From Bacteroidota bacterium (GTDB lineage Bacteria > Bacteroidota > Ignavibacteria > Palsa-1295), in contig JAUZNX010000004.1 in the NCBI GenBank assembly GCA_030706745.1, positions 218,152-282,151 on the forward strand: a DNA stretch of 64,000 nt, in the 5' to 3' direction. Shown here piece after piece: positions 9,051-19,098 of the stretch; the stretch's first letter is position 1, and each line of letters opens with the position of its first letter. The position numbers and the translations under genes were made by a program. Below the pieces are notes generated by a model, which saw nothing but the letters and a program-made list of their open reading frames with translations, did not search any database and was not told the origin of the DNA.

Positions 9051-10604
9051 CTAACCTGCTGCCATCACGGCAGGGGCATGTATGACATGGTTCGCCTTGG
9101 TATCCGAAAACAGATACTCGATCACCTCGGCTGCGGTATAACTTCGCTCGCCATTTTGCAGAAAATGCCCAACGCGGTGCAAAGAATCACCGGCGGTAAC
9201 AAGACCCTGCTCCACATAACCCGATAGTTGCTCTTGCGCCAGACCAACATTCGCCATGAGTGCATTGCAAAGACATTTTCGTCCGACAGTATCCTCGGCC
9301 TTGCCACCCTTCTTCACGTAACTATTGACCGGTTCGCCGGGACAACGGTATCCAATAGTCCCATCGGGGCGTTTGTAGGTCGATCGTAAAAACCCAAGTT
9401 GGCAAAGGCGCGGACGTTCACCGTAAAGTTCGTTATCCGAAAGCGTCTCTTCGAGTTGGACAATCTTGAACGGAAAACCGGTCGGTGATGCCGCCGGATC
9501 GGTAAAGACTTGCGCGTTACCATTTGCGACCTGCTCGAGCGTCTGCCGCTTGAGCGTTTCCTCCAGGCCGGACTCTTCGCAAAACGCGAATGGGGTTCCG
9601 ATTTGAACGCCGGTGGCACCGGCAGCCAGTGCTTCCTGCAGTGCAGTCGGCGTTCCATAATCTCCGGCGAGCCAAAAAGGAAGACCCAACTCCCGGAATT
9701 TCTCCAGATTGGCGGCATCGCGCGGCCCATAAACTGGCTCGCCCGATTCGGTCAGACGCAATGGGCCACGGGGCGGCGCATTGTGCCCGCCGGCAAGCGC
9801 GTTCTCGATCACGAAGCCATCGATGCGGCCGTTGGCTTTTTGCACGAGCATCTGTGCAAGAACGTCGGATGAAACAATGGCCAGGAAGTTTGGACGACGT
9901 AGCGGAGGCAATGTCATCCCAAGCACGGCTTTCGGATCGAGCGACATTCGCGTTTCCTCGTCGGAGGAGGCGGCGCCATCTACCTGGATGCGCATGGTAG
10001 TCGTCTCGTGATTGGCGAGGCGATCCAGAATTCCGGGAATTTCGCGCGGGATGCCGGCGCCCATGAGCACATAGTCCACATCCGCAAGCATGGCACCATA
10101 AAGCGACGCCAGATTTGGGAGTTGGACTTTCTCCAACAGGTTAATGCCTACGACGCCGGTGTGGCCTTCCTTGGCAAGATACACCTCGCAAAAATTCGCG
10201 GCGATCGTGAGCGCGAGCAACTCCGCCCCAGCGGCGAGCGTGAACATCGGGACGCTGTGGACGGCACGGCGTCCCGTGGAACGCTGCTTGTTGAAATGCT
10301 GCTTAAGGATGCGCTCCGCAATGGCGGGGACAGGAAACTTGGCCAACGCGCGACGCAAATGACCACCGATATCACCATCCTGGAGCCGCTGAGCGAAGAC
10401 GACGTTCAGCACCGTTCCGGACACGACGCCGAGCTGCCCCTGCCGCGAAACAGCGCGAGCCAGGCGCCAACCAGAAATAGCCACGCCCATCCCGCCTTGG
10501 ATGATCGGAGGGTGAGTCCCTGCGGTATTCAATAATTTCCTTTGAATCGTGTAATAGAGGACACTGCGCGCATTTCCGCTACTGAACAGATAAACCCAAC
10601 ACAC
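9051..10604 (-). CDS. nitronate monooxygenase (2-nitropropane dioxygenase / FabK-like) family FMN-dependent oxidoreductase
   Basis: N-terminal PIIQGGMGVAIS motif characteristic of NMO/FabK TIM-barrel FMN enzymes. About 517 aa. Confidence 0.75.
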   Translation of the reverse strand: MCWVYLFSSGNARSVLYYTIQRKLLNTAGTHPPIIQGGMGVAISGWRLARAVSRQGQLGVVSGTVLNVVFAQRLQDGDIGGHLRRALAKFPVPAIAERILKQHFNKQRSTGRRAVHSVPMFTLAAGAELLALTIAANFCEVYLAKEGHTGVVGINLLEKVQLPNLASLYGAMLADVDYVLMGAGIPREIPGILDRLANHETTTMRIQVDGAASSDEETRMSLDPKAVLGMTLPPLRRPNFLAIVSSDVLAQMLVQKANGRIDGFVIENALAGGHNAPPRGPLRLTESGEPVYGPRDAANLEKFRELGLPFWLAGDYGTPTALQEALAAGATGVQIGTPFAFCEESGLEETLKRQTLEQVANGNAQVFTDPAASPTGFPFKIVQLEETLSDNELYGERPRLCQLGFLRSTYKRPDGTIGYRCPGEPVNSYVKKGGKAEDTVGRKCLCNALMANVGLAQEQLSGYVEQGLVTAGDSLHRVGHFLQNGERSYTAAEVIEYLFSDTKANHVIHAPAVMAAG

Positions 10605-10991
10605 GACGGGGCAAAGTCATTTCCCGGTTGAGTGAAGCGCCCTCTAAACCATGATTATAGGCGATTTTGCTGTCTTAGCTGGGGGCTGCAAGTCTCATTT
10701 CTTAATCTCTAGAATCTCTCAAAATCAAGGCTCAGACAGCTTCATCCCCTTCCCGCTCTGCATCCAGCCGTCGCCACGAAGCACGTACCAGTAGCACCCA
10801 GGCGAAAGTGAGGTGGCATCGAGCGGATTTCGCTCGGGCCAGCGGGATACTCTCGCTCCAATGAGCGAACGAGGCGGCCCGTGTTTCGCATCCATTTCAT
10901 ACAACGAAGATAATACGTCTCTCCAGGTTCCGCAAGGTCACTTCTCACTACCTCCAAGAACCAAAAGAGGCGCCGCCCCTCCGATCGCCTC

Positions 10992-11477
10992 TCACTCAAA
11001 CAACCACCGCAAGTCATACTCGATGCCGCATGCATCCAAAATGCCCACGACCTCATCCTCATACTTCTGCTTTCGGTGGTGCGATTCCTGATTGTGGATG
11101 TATCGCTCGACCGAGTGCGTTGCGGACGGGCTGACGCTAATCGCGCAATATCCGCGCTGCCACTCGAACTTCTGGTGCAACTCGTCGTAAACCCACTTCG
11201 AGGAATTCGTCTTAATCAGGCGGAGGATGTCTTTCAGCGCCGCCTCGCGTGTGATGAGGGCTTGCAAATGAATGTGGTCCTCCATGCCGCCCGCCGCGAT
11301 GAGTGTATGATGCTGATCGCGAAGAATCCCACCGATGTAGCCGTAGAGCCGGTCCTTCCACTCGGGCTTGATAAGCGGCTCGCGATACTTCGTGCTAAAA
11401 ATCAGATGAACGAAGAGAGATGAAGAAGAGAGATGAATATGATTGTGGCATCGTGGGAGGACCTCCTTTCGATGCAA
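10992..11477 (-). mobile_element. IS200/IS605-family HUH (Y1) transposase, REP-associated tyrosine transposase (RAYT)-like; single ORF with no tnpB
   Basis: HLIFSTKYREP block (compare the IS200 TnpA N-terminal segment). HUH motif DHIHLQALI. Catalytic Tyr in YIHNQ. RAYT-like C-terminal tail. Confidence 0.8.
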
Positions 11478-11602
11478 AGATACGAAAAATACGACATGGG
11501 GCTCACGCCGCCAGGCTAAGACCTTTCGCTGCTCCGCAGCTACGCATCAGCCTCGAAGCGGCGGAAGGATTTAGCCTGGCGGCGCAAGCCCCAGGGATCC
11601 AG

Positions 11603-11640
11603 ATAAAACCAAAAGCGGCGCCGGTCTTTCGATCGACGCC
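11603..11640 (-). terminator. intrinsic terminator downstream of rpsA
   Basis: On the minus strand: aagcggcg / cgccgctt stem (8 bp) followed by a T-rich ttggtttt. Confidence 0.5.
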
Positions 11641-11666
11641 GCTTCTGAAACAACTATTAAAGCCGA

Positions 11667-13865
11667 TTATCCTTCGACTTCGTCTGTCGGCTCTGGCACG
11701 ACTTCACCCGGCGCGGGTGGCGCGGGCTCCATCATTTCCTCGGGGAGATCGAAGTGACCGAGCTCCTTCGGTGATGGTGCTTGCTCGACGAGTTTCGCGA
11801 GATCGACTTCGCCAGTGCCTTCGGCCGGTGTGGTCTTCTTGCGGCCACGACGTGGCTTGCCATCGGCGGGCTCTTCGCGGCGCTTCTGCATCTCTTCCAA
11901 CGTCTCCTTCGGAATCGGATGCTTCGCGTTGAACTCTTCGAGTGCCTGGCGGTCCTGCGACTTAAGCCACTCGGTTGCCGATAGCACGATCTTGTGGTTC
12001 TCTGCATCGAACTCGATGACGCGCAGGCTCAGTGTGTCATCGATGTGGAAAGAATCCGAAATCGTTTTGATCGGGAAGAATGCAAGCTGCGAAATTGGCA
12101 CGAAGCCATCGATGCCCAGTCCCGACGGGTCTTGCAACTCGACGATAACGCCCTTCTCGATAATGCGCTCGATCTTTCCTTCGACATCCTTGCCTTCACC
12201 GTAGATCGTCTCGAGATTCTCCCACGGATTATCGAGCACCTGCTTGTGACCAAGCGAGATACGACGATTCTCGAGATCGATCCCGAGGATCATCACGTCG
12301 ATTTCCTGGCCCTTCTTCAGGACTTCACCTGGATGACGAACTTTCTTCGTCCACGACAGATCGCTGATATGGACCAGACCATCGACACCCGGCTCGAGTT
12401 CGACAAAGGCGCCGAACTGTGTGATGTTGCGGACGATGCCATGATGCTTCGATCCCATCGGATACTTCTCGAGGAAGAGGGTCCAGGGATCGGGCTCGAG
12501 CTGCTTGAGTCCAAGCGAAATCTTCTTCGAATCCTGATCGATGTTGAGGATGATTGCTTCTGTCTCGGCGCCCAACGTGAGCAGCGATGATGGATGCTTC
12601 ACATGCTGCGTCCACGACATTTCGCTGACGTGGATGAGGCCCTCGATACCCTTTTCGAGTTCGATAAACGCACCGTAGTCCGTCATCGAAACGACCTTGC
12701 CCTTGACGCGCTGGCCAACGGCATAGCGCTGTTCGATCTCGGCCCACGGATGCGGGGTGAGCTGCTTCATGCCGAGCGAAATCCGGCGCTTGTTCTCGTC
12801 GTAATCGAGCACGACCACGGTAACGACCTGATCGAGCTTGACCACTTCGGATGGATGCTGCACGCGGCCCCACGTGAGGTCCGTGATATGTACGAGACCA
12901 TCGATACCACCAAGATCGACGAACGCACCGAAATCCGCGATCGCCTTGACCGTGCCTTCGAGCACCTGTCCGCGTTCGAGCTTCTCGACGATTTCCTTGC
13001 GCTGATCGAGCAAATGCTCTTCGAGCAAGACCTTGTGACTGACGACGACATTCTCGTTCGGGAAGTTGATCTTCACAACGCGAACATCGAGTGTCTTGCC
13101 GAGGAACGCATCGAAATCGCGCACCGGCTTGACATCGATCTGGCTGCCTGGAAGGAATGCCTCGACGCCGAGAACATCCACGACCATACCGCCTTTGATA
13201 CGGCGCATGCACTTGGCCTGCAGGATTTCGCCGGTCTTTTGTGCTTCAATGATGCGCTGCCATGTGCGGGTAAACTCCGCTTGCTTGCGCGAAAGCACGA
13301 GGCGGCCTTCCTTATCCTCGATCGACTCTAAAAATACTTCGACTTCATCGCCGGTCGCGAGGTCCGGTGAAAGATTGAACTCACTCTTGGAGATCACGCC
13401 TTCGGACTTGAAGCCGATATCGATCGTGACTTCTCCATCCGTGATGGCAACGACGCGACCCTTGATGATCTCGCCATCTTTGAGCGGTGAAAGCGCACCG
13501 CCATACAATTTTTCGAGTTCGGCGTGCTCTTCCTTGGAGTATCCACCGCCGAGCTTAATGTTGGGATCGATGATCGTCAGATTGCCGCGATCGCGTCCAC
13601 CACCCTGGTTCGATCGTATCGTAGAGGAGGTCGTGGGCCGCAGTTTCTTGCGCTCTTTTGCTTCAGTTGTTGCCGGAATCACAGCCGCCGGCGTCACATC
13701 CGGAGCGATCTGTGCTGTGGCTGGTGCGGCAGGTTCTGCAATCTCCGCGAGTTCTGTCTCCGGATGATGGTGACCGTTAGTAACTGGTGCCTCGAGAGTG
13801 GCACTGATTGTGTCAGTGGTAGCATCCGCCGCTACCGGCGAAATTTGTTCGTTAATGTCTGTCAT
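11667..13865 (-). CDS. rpsA: 30S ribosomal protein S1
   Basis: Multiple consecutive S1 RNA-binding domains with characteristic GxV...G.VHISE... blocks. Low-complexity N- and C-terminal extensions. 732 aa. Confidence 0.9.
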   Translation of the reverse strand: MTDINEQISPVAADATTDTISATLEAPVTNGHHHPETELAEIAEPAAPATAQIAPDVTPAAVIPATTEAKERKKLRPTTSSTIRSNQGGGRDRGNLTIIDPNIKLGGGYSKEEHAELEKLYGGALSPLKDGEIIKGRVVAITDGEVTIDIGFKSEGVISKSEFNLSPDLATGDEVEVFLESIEDKEGRLVLSRKQAEFTRTWQRIIEAQKTGEILQAKCMRRIKGGMVVDVLGVEAFLPGSQIDVKPVRDFDAFLGKTLDVRVVKINFPNENVVVSHKVLLEEHLLDQRKEIVEKLERGQVLEGTVKAIADFGAFVDLGGIDGLVHITDLTWGRVQHPSEVVKLDQVVTVVVLDYDENKRRISLGMKQLTPHPWAEIEQRYAVGQRVKGKVVSMTDYGAFIELEKGIEGLIHVSEMSWTQHVKHPSSLLTLGAETEAIILNIDQDSKKISLGLKQLEPDPWTLFLEKYPMGSKHHGIVRNITQFGAFVELEPGVDGLVHISDLSWTKKVRHPGEVLKKGQEIDVMILGIDLENRRISLGHKQVLDNPWENLETIYGEGKDVEGKIERIIEKGVIVELQDPSGLGIDGFVPISQLAFFPIKTISDSFHIDDTLSLRVIEFDAENHKIVLSATEWLKSQDRQALEEFNAKHPIPKETLEEMQKRREEPADGKPRRGRKKTTPAEGTGEVDLAKLVEQAPSPKELGHFDLPEEMMEPAPPAPGEVVPEPTDEVEG

Positions 13866-14496
13866 GGTGTCTTCTAATCTCCGGGCACGAAATGGTTAAT
13901 AATCCGGAGCGCCCGCACGGCCCGTAACGCACATGCCTCCGACTGTAAATGACCCCTTTTTCAAGGGCGGGTCACAACGGCGTCGCCTAATAAGTAGTGC
14001 CCTCACGACGCCGGGATGGTTTTAGGGTACTTCACCTCCGCCTTTGTAATGTGCGGGTTTGTCCGATGGTTTTCCGCCTGCATACGCTAGACTAATGTGG
14101 GAAAACATATTTATCGACTATTCCCGCAAGAGCGAAAACCGAAACTGCCCTCTCGCTCGATTCGGACTACTTCCTTCCGAAGTGGTTAGTCGGCAGGTGT
14201 ATTTTTCAAGGGGAATGAACGCTGAAACTGTTGCAGCCTTGGGGCGGTCCCTTCCGCGGGAATGGACGTTTTGTACGATCTACAATGATCAGGGGTTGTA
14301 GCTTATCCCGCCCTCGAGTACATCGAACTGATGAAGGACCGGCAGCGATGGGTGAGAGCCCGTGCTCGGCAATCTTACCCCAGGGGTCCATTTCCGCCGC
14401 GGTACTGAGGGCCGGGGCTGCCGCCGCAGGCGTTGATTGTTATGGATTGATTTGTGGGATTGGAATCCAAATGACTTGACCGGGAGTTGAACAGTT

Positions 14497-16113
14497 GTGA
14501 AATCTTTCTCTTGCCCGTCAATCGGCAGCATTACTGCATGCCTCTTCCTGCTGCTTGCTCCAATAGCGTTTCCCATAATCGCTTCGGCGCAAACCTCGAT
14601 CATTGCGATCGTTGACACCACCTTCGCTCAGGCAATGGGTGGAAAAGTCGAGACCGCGCTTGGCGCATACGATGATGAAGCAACCGACTTCTACGTCTAT
14701 TTTGGAAGCAAGATCACAGTTTGCGGTAAAGTCGGAACTGCGGACCCAGCACTCGAGAGATTTGGAGTGATTCGTTTGAATCCAGAAGGCACATTCGATT
14801 CGACCTTTGGCACAAATGGTCGCGCTGTTCTCTCGTGGGGCCCATCCGACTACCCTAATCGCATCTACATGCAGCCAGACATGACGGTACTCGCCGCGGG
14901 CGTGAGCGGCCTGACGGATCTTGCCGGCGACCAGGTCCCTGCACTCTTCAAAATTAAGTCGAACGGAGAGCCCGATTCAAGCTTTGGTACCAACGGGCGC
15001 GCCGTTCTCCGACACGATGCGGCATCGCGCGGTGAATTCAGAAATTTATTCCCGGCTGGCAACGCCTTCATCGCCTGCGGTAGCATCACTGCCAATAGCG
15101 CGAACGGTTCAACCGGGTTCTATGCGGTTCGCTTCGGTCCGGCCGGATCGCCCGACTCCGCGTTCGGCACGAACGGTATGGGCTTTCTTCCGTCGAACGT
15201 CCATTCCGTGAGCGGCTTTCTTTCGAAGAATGCGACTGTCATCTTTACAGGCGTCTTGGAGACCGGAGGGAAATCCGTGATCGCTCTCGGACGCCTGACG
15301 GCATCCGGGCAACCGGATTCATCGTTTGGCGTGAACGGGGTCAAGAACACGGGGATCGTCTTGACCGCAGACACAGAGATTGTCTCGGCGATTCAACAAA
15401 ACTTCGATCTCCTGGTTGCCGCGCCACTACAAGGTGCCTCGCAGACACGACCGTTCACGCTGGTTCGCTTTACTTCCGATGGAGCGATCGATAGCTCCTA
15501 CGGAACGTACGGCCTCTCAACAATTCCGATCGCTCCGTATGCGACGGCTCGAGGCATTAACATCGCGAACAACGGCAAGACGGTCGTCAACGGCAGTGTC
15601 GGAAGGACGATCGAACAGTCCGCGACCGCTCGTATCGATCTCGAGGGCGTTCCCGATCCGACCTTCAACCGCACGGGTATGGCCGTGATCGATTTGGATC
15701 ACGGTCTATATTCGAATTACTTGATTCAGTTCGTCGGTATCGGCGGAAAACATTACATGGGCTTTGGCGGCACAAGGCAAAATGGCAAATTAAATTTTAT
15801 GGTCGCCCGTTTCAAGGACGATACTGTCCGCAGTGACGTTCGAATCGCTCAGCCGGTTCGAGGTTCGTTCCAGTGCTATCCGAATCCTGCTTCGAACGAG
15901 GTAACCATTACCGCGGCAAGCGGGTCAATTCAGGGACTCTCTGTTCTCCTCAATGCGCTCGGCAGATCGATCGTATCGAGCGAAAGTCCGCGCGTTTCTC
16001 TTGACCCTGGGGCGCGATCGCTCGACGTATCCGACCTTCCAAATGGATTGTATTACTGCATCATCGAATCTTCGGGAATCCGGTCGATGCAGAAGTTCAT
16101 CGTCGCACATTAA
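14497..16113 (+). CDS. secreted delta-60-repeat protein with a T9SS (Por) C-terminal sorting domain
   Basis: Signal peptide. Repeated D-S-(S/A)-FG-(T/V)-NG motifs (delta-60 repeat pattern). C-terminal ~80 aa with YPNPASNEV...LPNGLYYC...KFIV typical of a T9SS CTD. Confidence 0.7.
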   Translation: MKSFSCPSIGSITACLFLLLAPIAFPIIASAQTSIIAIVDTTFAQAMGGKVETALGAYDDEATDFYVYFGSKITVCGKVGTADPALERFGVIRLNPEGTFDSTFGTNGRAVLSWGPSDYPNRIYMQPDMTVLAAGVSGLTDLAGDQVPALFKIKSNGEPDSSFGTNGRAVLRHDAASRGEFRNLFPAGNAFIACGSITANSANGSTGFYAVRFGPAGSPDSAFGTNGMGFLPSNVHSVSGFLSKNATVIFTGVLETGGKSVIALGRLTASGQPDSSFGVNGVKNTGIVLTADTEIVSAIQQNFDLLVAAPLQGASQTRPFTLVRFTSDGAIDSSYGTYGLSTIPIAPYATARGINIANNGKTVVNGSVGRTIEQSATARIDLEGVPDPTFNRTGMAVIDLDHGLYSNYLIQFVGIGGKHYMGFGGTRQNGKLNFMVARFKDDTVRSDVRIAQPVRGSFQCYPNPASNEVTITAASGSIQGLSVLLNALGRSIVSSESPRVSLDPGARSLDVSDLPNGLYYCIIESSGIRSMQKFIVAH

Positions 16114-17813
16114 CGACAGAGCGCCGCGTCCGCCCGCATCACGAGCAGTCGGGCAGTTAGCCGGCCTAACTCAATCGTATACGTTCCGGACGCGAGGCCA
16201 TTCGTGAGTAACAGGTATCGATCTGTCCCTGCCGAAAGGGTCTCTTTCACCACGGTGGCGCCCCGGGCATTGACGACTGTTAAGCTCTCGTCGCTTCTCA
16301 ATGTCGGGAAATGCAGATTCGTAGCATCGGCTGCAGGATTCGGAATGATGTCGAGCGAGGACGCGTCCGCAGCTGACTCGTCCACTCCACTCTGCGGATC
16401 GACCTGGAAATTCGCCATCATCCCAGCGTCCGCATGCTCCAATTTGTGACAGTGAATGACGAACAGGCCGGGATACTTGTCGAACTTCATCAGCACATTC
16501 ACTTTCCCAAACGGATCGAGGCGGATGACATCTTTCCATCCGCGCTCATGGACATCGGGCGGATTCCCATCGCGGTCGACCACCTGAAACTGCCCGCCAT
16601 GCACATGGACCGGGTGTGTGTTCGCTCCTTCACTCTGGAACGTCCATTGTTCGAGATCGCCGAAGGGGACATGGGCATCGATGCGCGTAAGGTCGTATTG
16701 GAGATCGTTGATATGATGGAGCGCCGCGAAGGTCCAGACACGGGTTCGCTTTGCATCGGCCACAGTATGTGGAATAATGGCCGGGAGTGTCGTCGGGATC
16801 GTCCCTCCGGAGGTACCAGTCTTGCTGATTTGAAATTCCAGCAAGTTGAGTTCGGCCCCTTGCGGCACGGCCCCGGAGCCCGGTGCATCGCTGAACGTGA
16901 ATGACAATGATTTGAGCGTCACAGACTGCCCCTGAGCATAGCGCGAGAAATCAATCAGAACGTCCAGCCGCTCCGCCGGTGCAAGGTTCACGGAAGTAAC
17001 GGATGTCGGCGCATCGAGGAAGCCGCCGTCATTTCCAATCACGATAAACACGCTGCCATCCGAGAGCGCGAGTTTGTAAAAGCGGCCGTTCGATGCGTTG
17101 ACAATTCGGAAGCGGTACAGTGTCGGCGCAATGGCGAGGAACGGGTTTGGCGTACCATTGATCAGGATCGTATCACCAAGCCAGGCGCTCATGATGTCTG
17201 CTCCGGTCGGATTGTAGATGAGTTGACGGTTTGCGTCCACTCGCTTATCCTGGACCATCAATGGGACATCGTACTCGCCGGATGGGAGTCCCATCGCCAG
17301 TTCTTCCGCGTCTTCAATCAGGAAGAAGCCGGCCATGCCCATGTAGACCTGCCGGGCTGTCGCCATGTGCGGATGAGGATGATAGAAATTGATACTGGCA
17401 CGCTGAACGATCGGGAAGGAGACGCTATAGGATGATCCCGTAGCGATGACATCGATCGGGTGACCGCTCGCGGCGGCCGGAGCATCGACGCCATGCCAGT
17501 GGAGCACGGTTTCTTCCGCTAACTGATTGTGGACCGTTGCCGCAAACGTATCGCCCCTTCTTATTTTGATCGTCGGCGAAGGGAACGAGCCATTGATGAG
17601 GAGCAAGTTCGTCTCGACATCCGGATACACGCGGAACGTACCCGGTGCAAGTGTCAAATCGCCACCCGTAATGACAGGAGGAATCCGGAGCGGCTGAGGA
17701 TCGAGCGAGAGCGCACGTGGATGGCTTTGGACCCACGCGAACAGCTCCGGCGACACGGCGGCGGCAATCCCGGCCTGAGCCGCGCGATGCAAAAACGTGC
17801 GACGAGTAATCAT
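16110..17813 (-). CDS. multicopper oxidase (CueO/laccase-like) with an N-terminal Tat signal and a C-terminal T9SS sorting domain
   Basis: Twin-arginine motif TRRTFL plus h-region. Copper-binding blocks HWHG, HPHPH and HCHKLEHADAGMM. C-terminal PNPAADAT...GTYTIEL...ARLLV CTD-like domain. Confidence 0.85.
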   Translation of the reverse strand: MITRRTFLHRAAQAGIAAAVSPELFAWVQSHPRALSLDPQPLRIPPVITGGDLTLAPGTFRVYPDVETNLLLINGSFPSPTIKIRRGDTFAATVHNQLAEETVLHWHGVDAPAAASGHPIDVIATGSSYSVSFPIVQRASINFYHPHPHMATARQVYMGMAGFFLIEDAEELAMGLPSGEYDVPLMVQDKRVDANRQLIYNPTGADIMSAWLGDTILINGTPNPFLAIAPTLYRFRIVNASNGRFYKLALSDGSVFIVIGNDGGFLDAPTSVTSVNLAPAERLDVLIDFSRYAQGQSVTLKSLSFTFSDAPGSGAVPQGAELNLLEFQISKTGTSGGTIPTTLPAIIPHTVADAKRTRVWTFAALHHINDLQYDLTRIDAHVPFGDLEQWTFQSEGANTHPVHVHGGQFQVVDRDGNPPDVHERGWKDVIRLDPFGKVNVLMKFDKYPGLFVIHCHKLEHADAGMMANFQVDPQSGVDESAADASSLDIIPNPAADATNLHFPTLRSDESLTVVNARGATVVKETLSAGTDRYLLLTNGLASGTYTIELGRLTARLLVMRADAALCR

Positions 17814-17814
17814 C

Positions 17815-19041
17815 CTATTGTTTCAGAAGCATCTCTTCGATCTCCGAAGTCCCGGTCCGGATTCGAATTGGATACGCTCCGTTCGGTAAACTGGAAAGGT
17901 CAACGGTGCTATTCAAGGGATGCTGTTCGATGTCCTCGGTCACCAGGACTTGCCCGAGGAGATTTGTGATCGTGATATGCAAAGGACTTTCCGACCCAGC
18001 CTGTATGGTGACGCGGCCATCCGTTGGGTTTGGATAAACTGCAATCGAGCCTCTGGAAGGGAAGAGCGAAACGCTACTTTGCGCGGGAGTGAACACCTCG
18101 TTCATATTCAAGAAGCCAGTGCCGTCTCGCCCACCCATCACATAGACTCGACCGCCGCACAGTGCCCCGCAGAGCCCCGCACTTCCATGCAGCGTGCCCG
18201 ATGTTGAAGGGCTGGTCCACATGTTCGAGACGGGATCGAACAGTTCGAAGGTATTCAGATAACTGAATCCATCGAATCCGCCAAAGGTATAAATCTTACC
18301 ATCAATAACGGCAGCGCACAGTCCTTGTCGCTGCGTAAAAGTACCCGTGACCGTCGGAACAGACCAGGTTTTCGTCGTAGGATCGAACACTTCCGGTGAA
18401 GGCAGCGAGGCATTCCCTTGCCCGCCGATAGCGTAGATTTTCCCACCGATGATTGTGGCTGTAAGATCGGAGCGCGGGGTGAGCGTTCCGCTGGTTACCG
18501 GTGTCGACCACTCATTCGTCGTTGGGTCGAAAACTTCCAGAGTGTTCAGCACACCGTTGTTCATATCGTAACCACCCAGCACAAACACCCTATTATTTAG
18601 GAAAACAGCGGCGGAACGCCACCGTGGCGTATAGGTCCCGCTCATCATAGGTGCGGACCATGCCTTCGAGACGGGATCGAAAATCTCGACGGTGTTCAGC
18701 GCCCCCGTGGCGTTCGCACCGCCAAACGTATAGATCTTCCCATCGATCGCGACCGAGCAGAGTCCTCTTCGAGGTGTGAATGTTCCAGTCGTGGCTACAG
18801 TGTCCCAGGAATTTGTCGAAGGGTCAAACACTTCAAGCCGGTTGATGTAGGATTGTCCGTTGAATCCACCGATTGCATATATCTTGCCGCCCACTACGCA
18901 TGTGGTGAACGCTCCACGGGGAGTGAACCCGTTGGAAGAAAGGTCGGCCCAGCTACCGAGTAGATCCTCGGCGGTGGCGGGTTGAGCGCGGGTGTAAGCG
19001 GAAAAAGAAAGCAGGAAGAAAAAAAGCAGGCAAGCTCGCAT
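17815..19041 (-). CDS. Kelch-repeat beta-propeller protein with a T9SS C-terminal sorting domain
   Basis: Start moved to the internal ATG giving signal peptide MRACLLFFFLL...TRAQ. Repeated GGKIYAIGG / YTFGG Kelch motifs. C-terminal VYPNPTDGRVTIQ...LPNGAYPIRI CTD. Confidence 0.75.
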   Translation of the reverse strand: MRACLLFFFLLSFSAYTRAQPATAEDLLGSWADLSSNGFTPRGAFTTCVVGGKIYAIGGFNGQSYINRLEVFDPSTNSWDTVATTGTFTPRRGLCSVAIDGKIYTFGGANATGALNTVEIFDPVSKAWSAPMMSGTYTPRWRSAAVFLNNRVFVLGGYDMNNGVLNTLEVFDPTTNEWSTPVTSGTLTPRSDLTATIIGGKIYAIGGQGNASLPSPEVFDPTTKTWSVPTVTGTFTQRQGLCAAVIDGKIYTFGGFDGFSYLNTFELFDPVSNMWTSPSTSGTLHGSAGLCGALCGGRVYVMGGRDGTGFLNMNEVFTPAQSSVSLFPSRGSIAVYPNPTDGRVTIQAGSESPLHITITNLLGQVLVTEDIEQHPLNSTVDLSSLPNGAYPIRIRTGTSEIEEMLLKQ

Positions 19042-19098
19042 TATCGATACGCAACTGACCCCAGACAAGAACAATTCTGATGCGAGATATGCCGTGAC

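Noticed and set aside
12325-13212. 295-aa Arg-rich ORF antisense to rpsA, and many similar long antisense ORFs (5068-5700, 29131-29982, 33220-33858, 45212-46078, 34640-35230, 10008-10535)
   Set aside because: They lie opposite well-supported genes, have extreme Arg/Ser/Pro composition typical of antisense frames in GC-rich DNA, and show no motifs.
13866-14496. 630-bp intergenic region upstream of rpsA with GC-rich direct/palindromic segments (for example 14243-14268 and 14383-14405); considered a structured ncRNA (RNase P, SRP, tmRNA, 6S)
   Set aside because: I could not find the conserved RNase P (P4 AGGAAAGUCCGG), SRP helix-8 or tmRNA tag/T-arm motifs. The two similar segments are direct rather than inverted repeats. 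Most likely this is the rpsA leader / promoter region.
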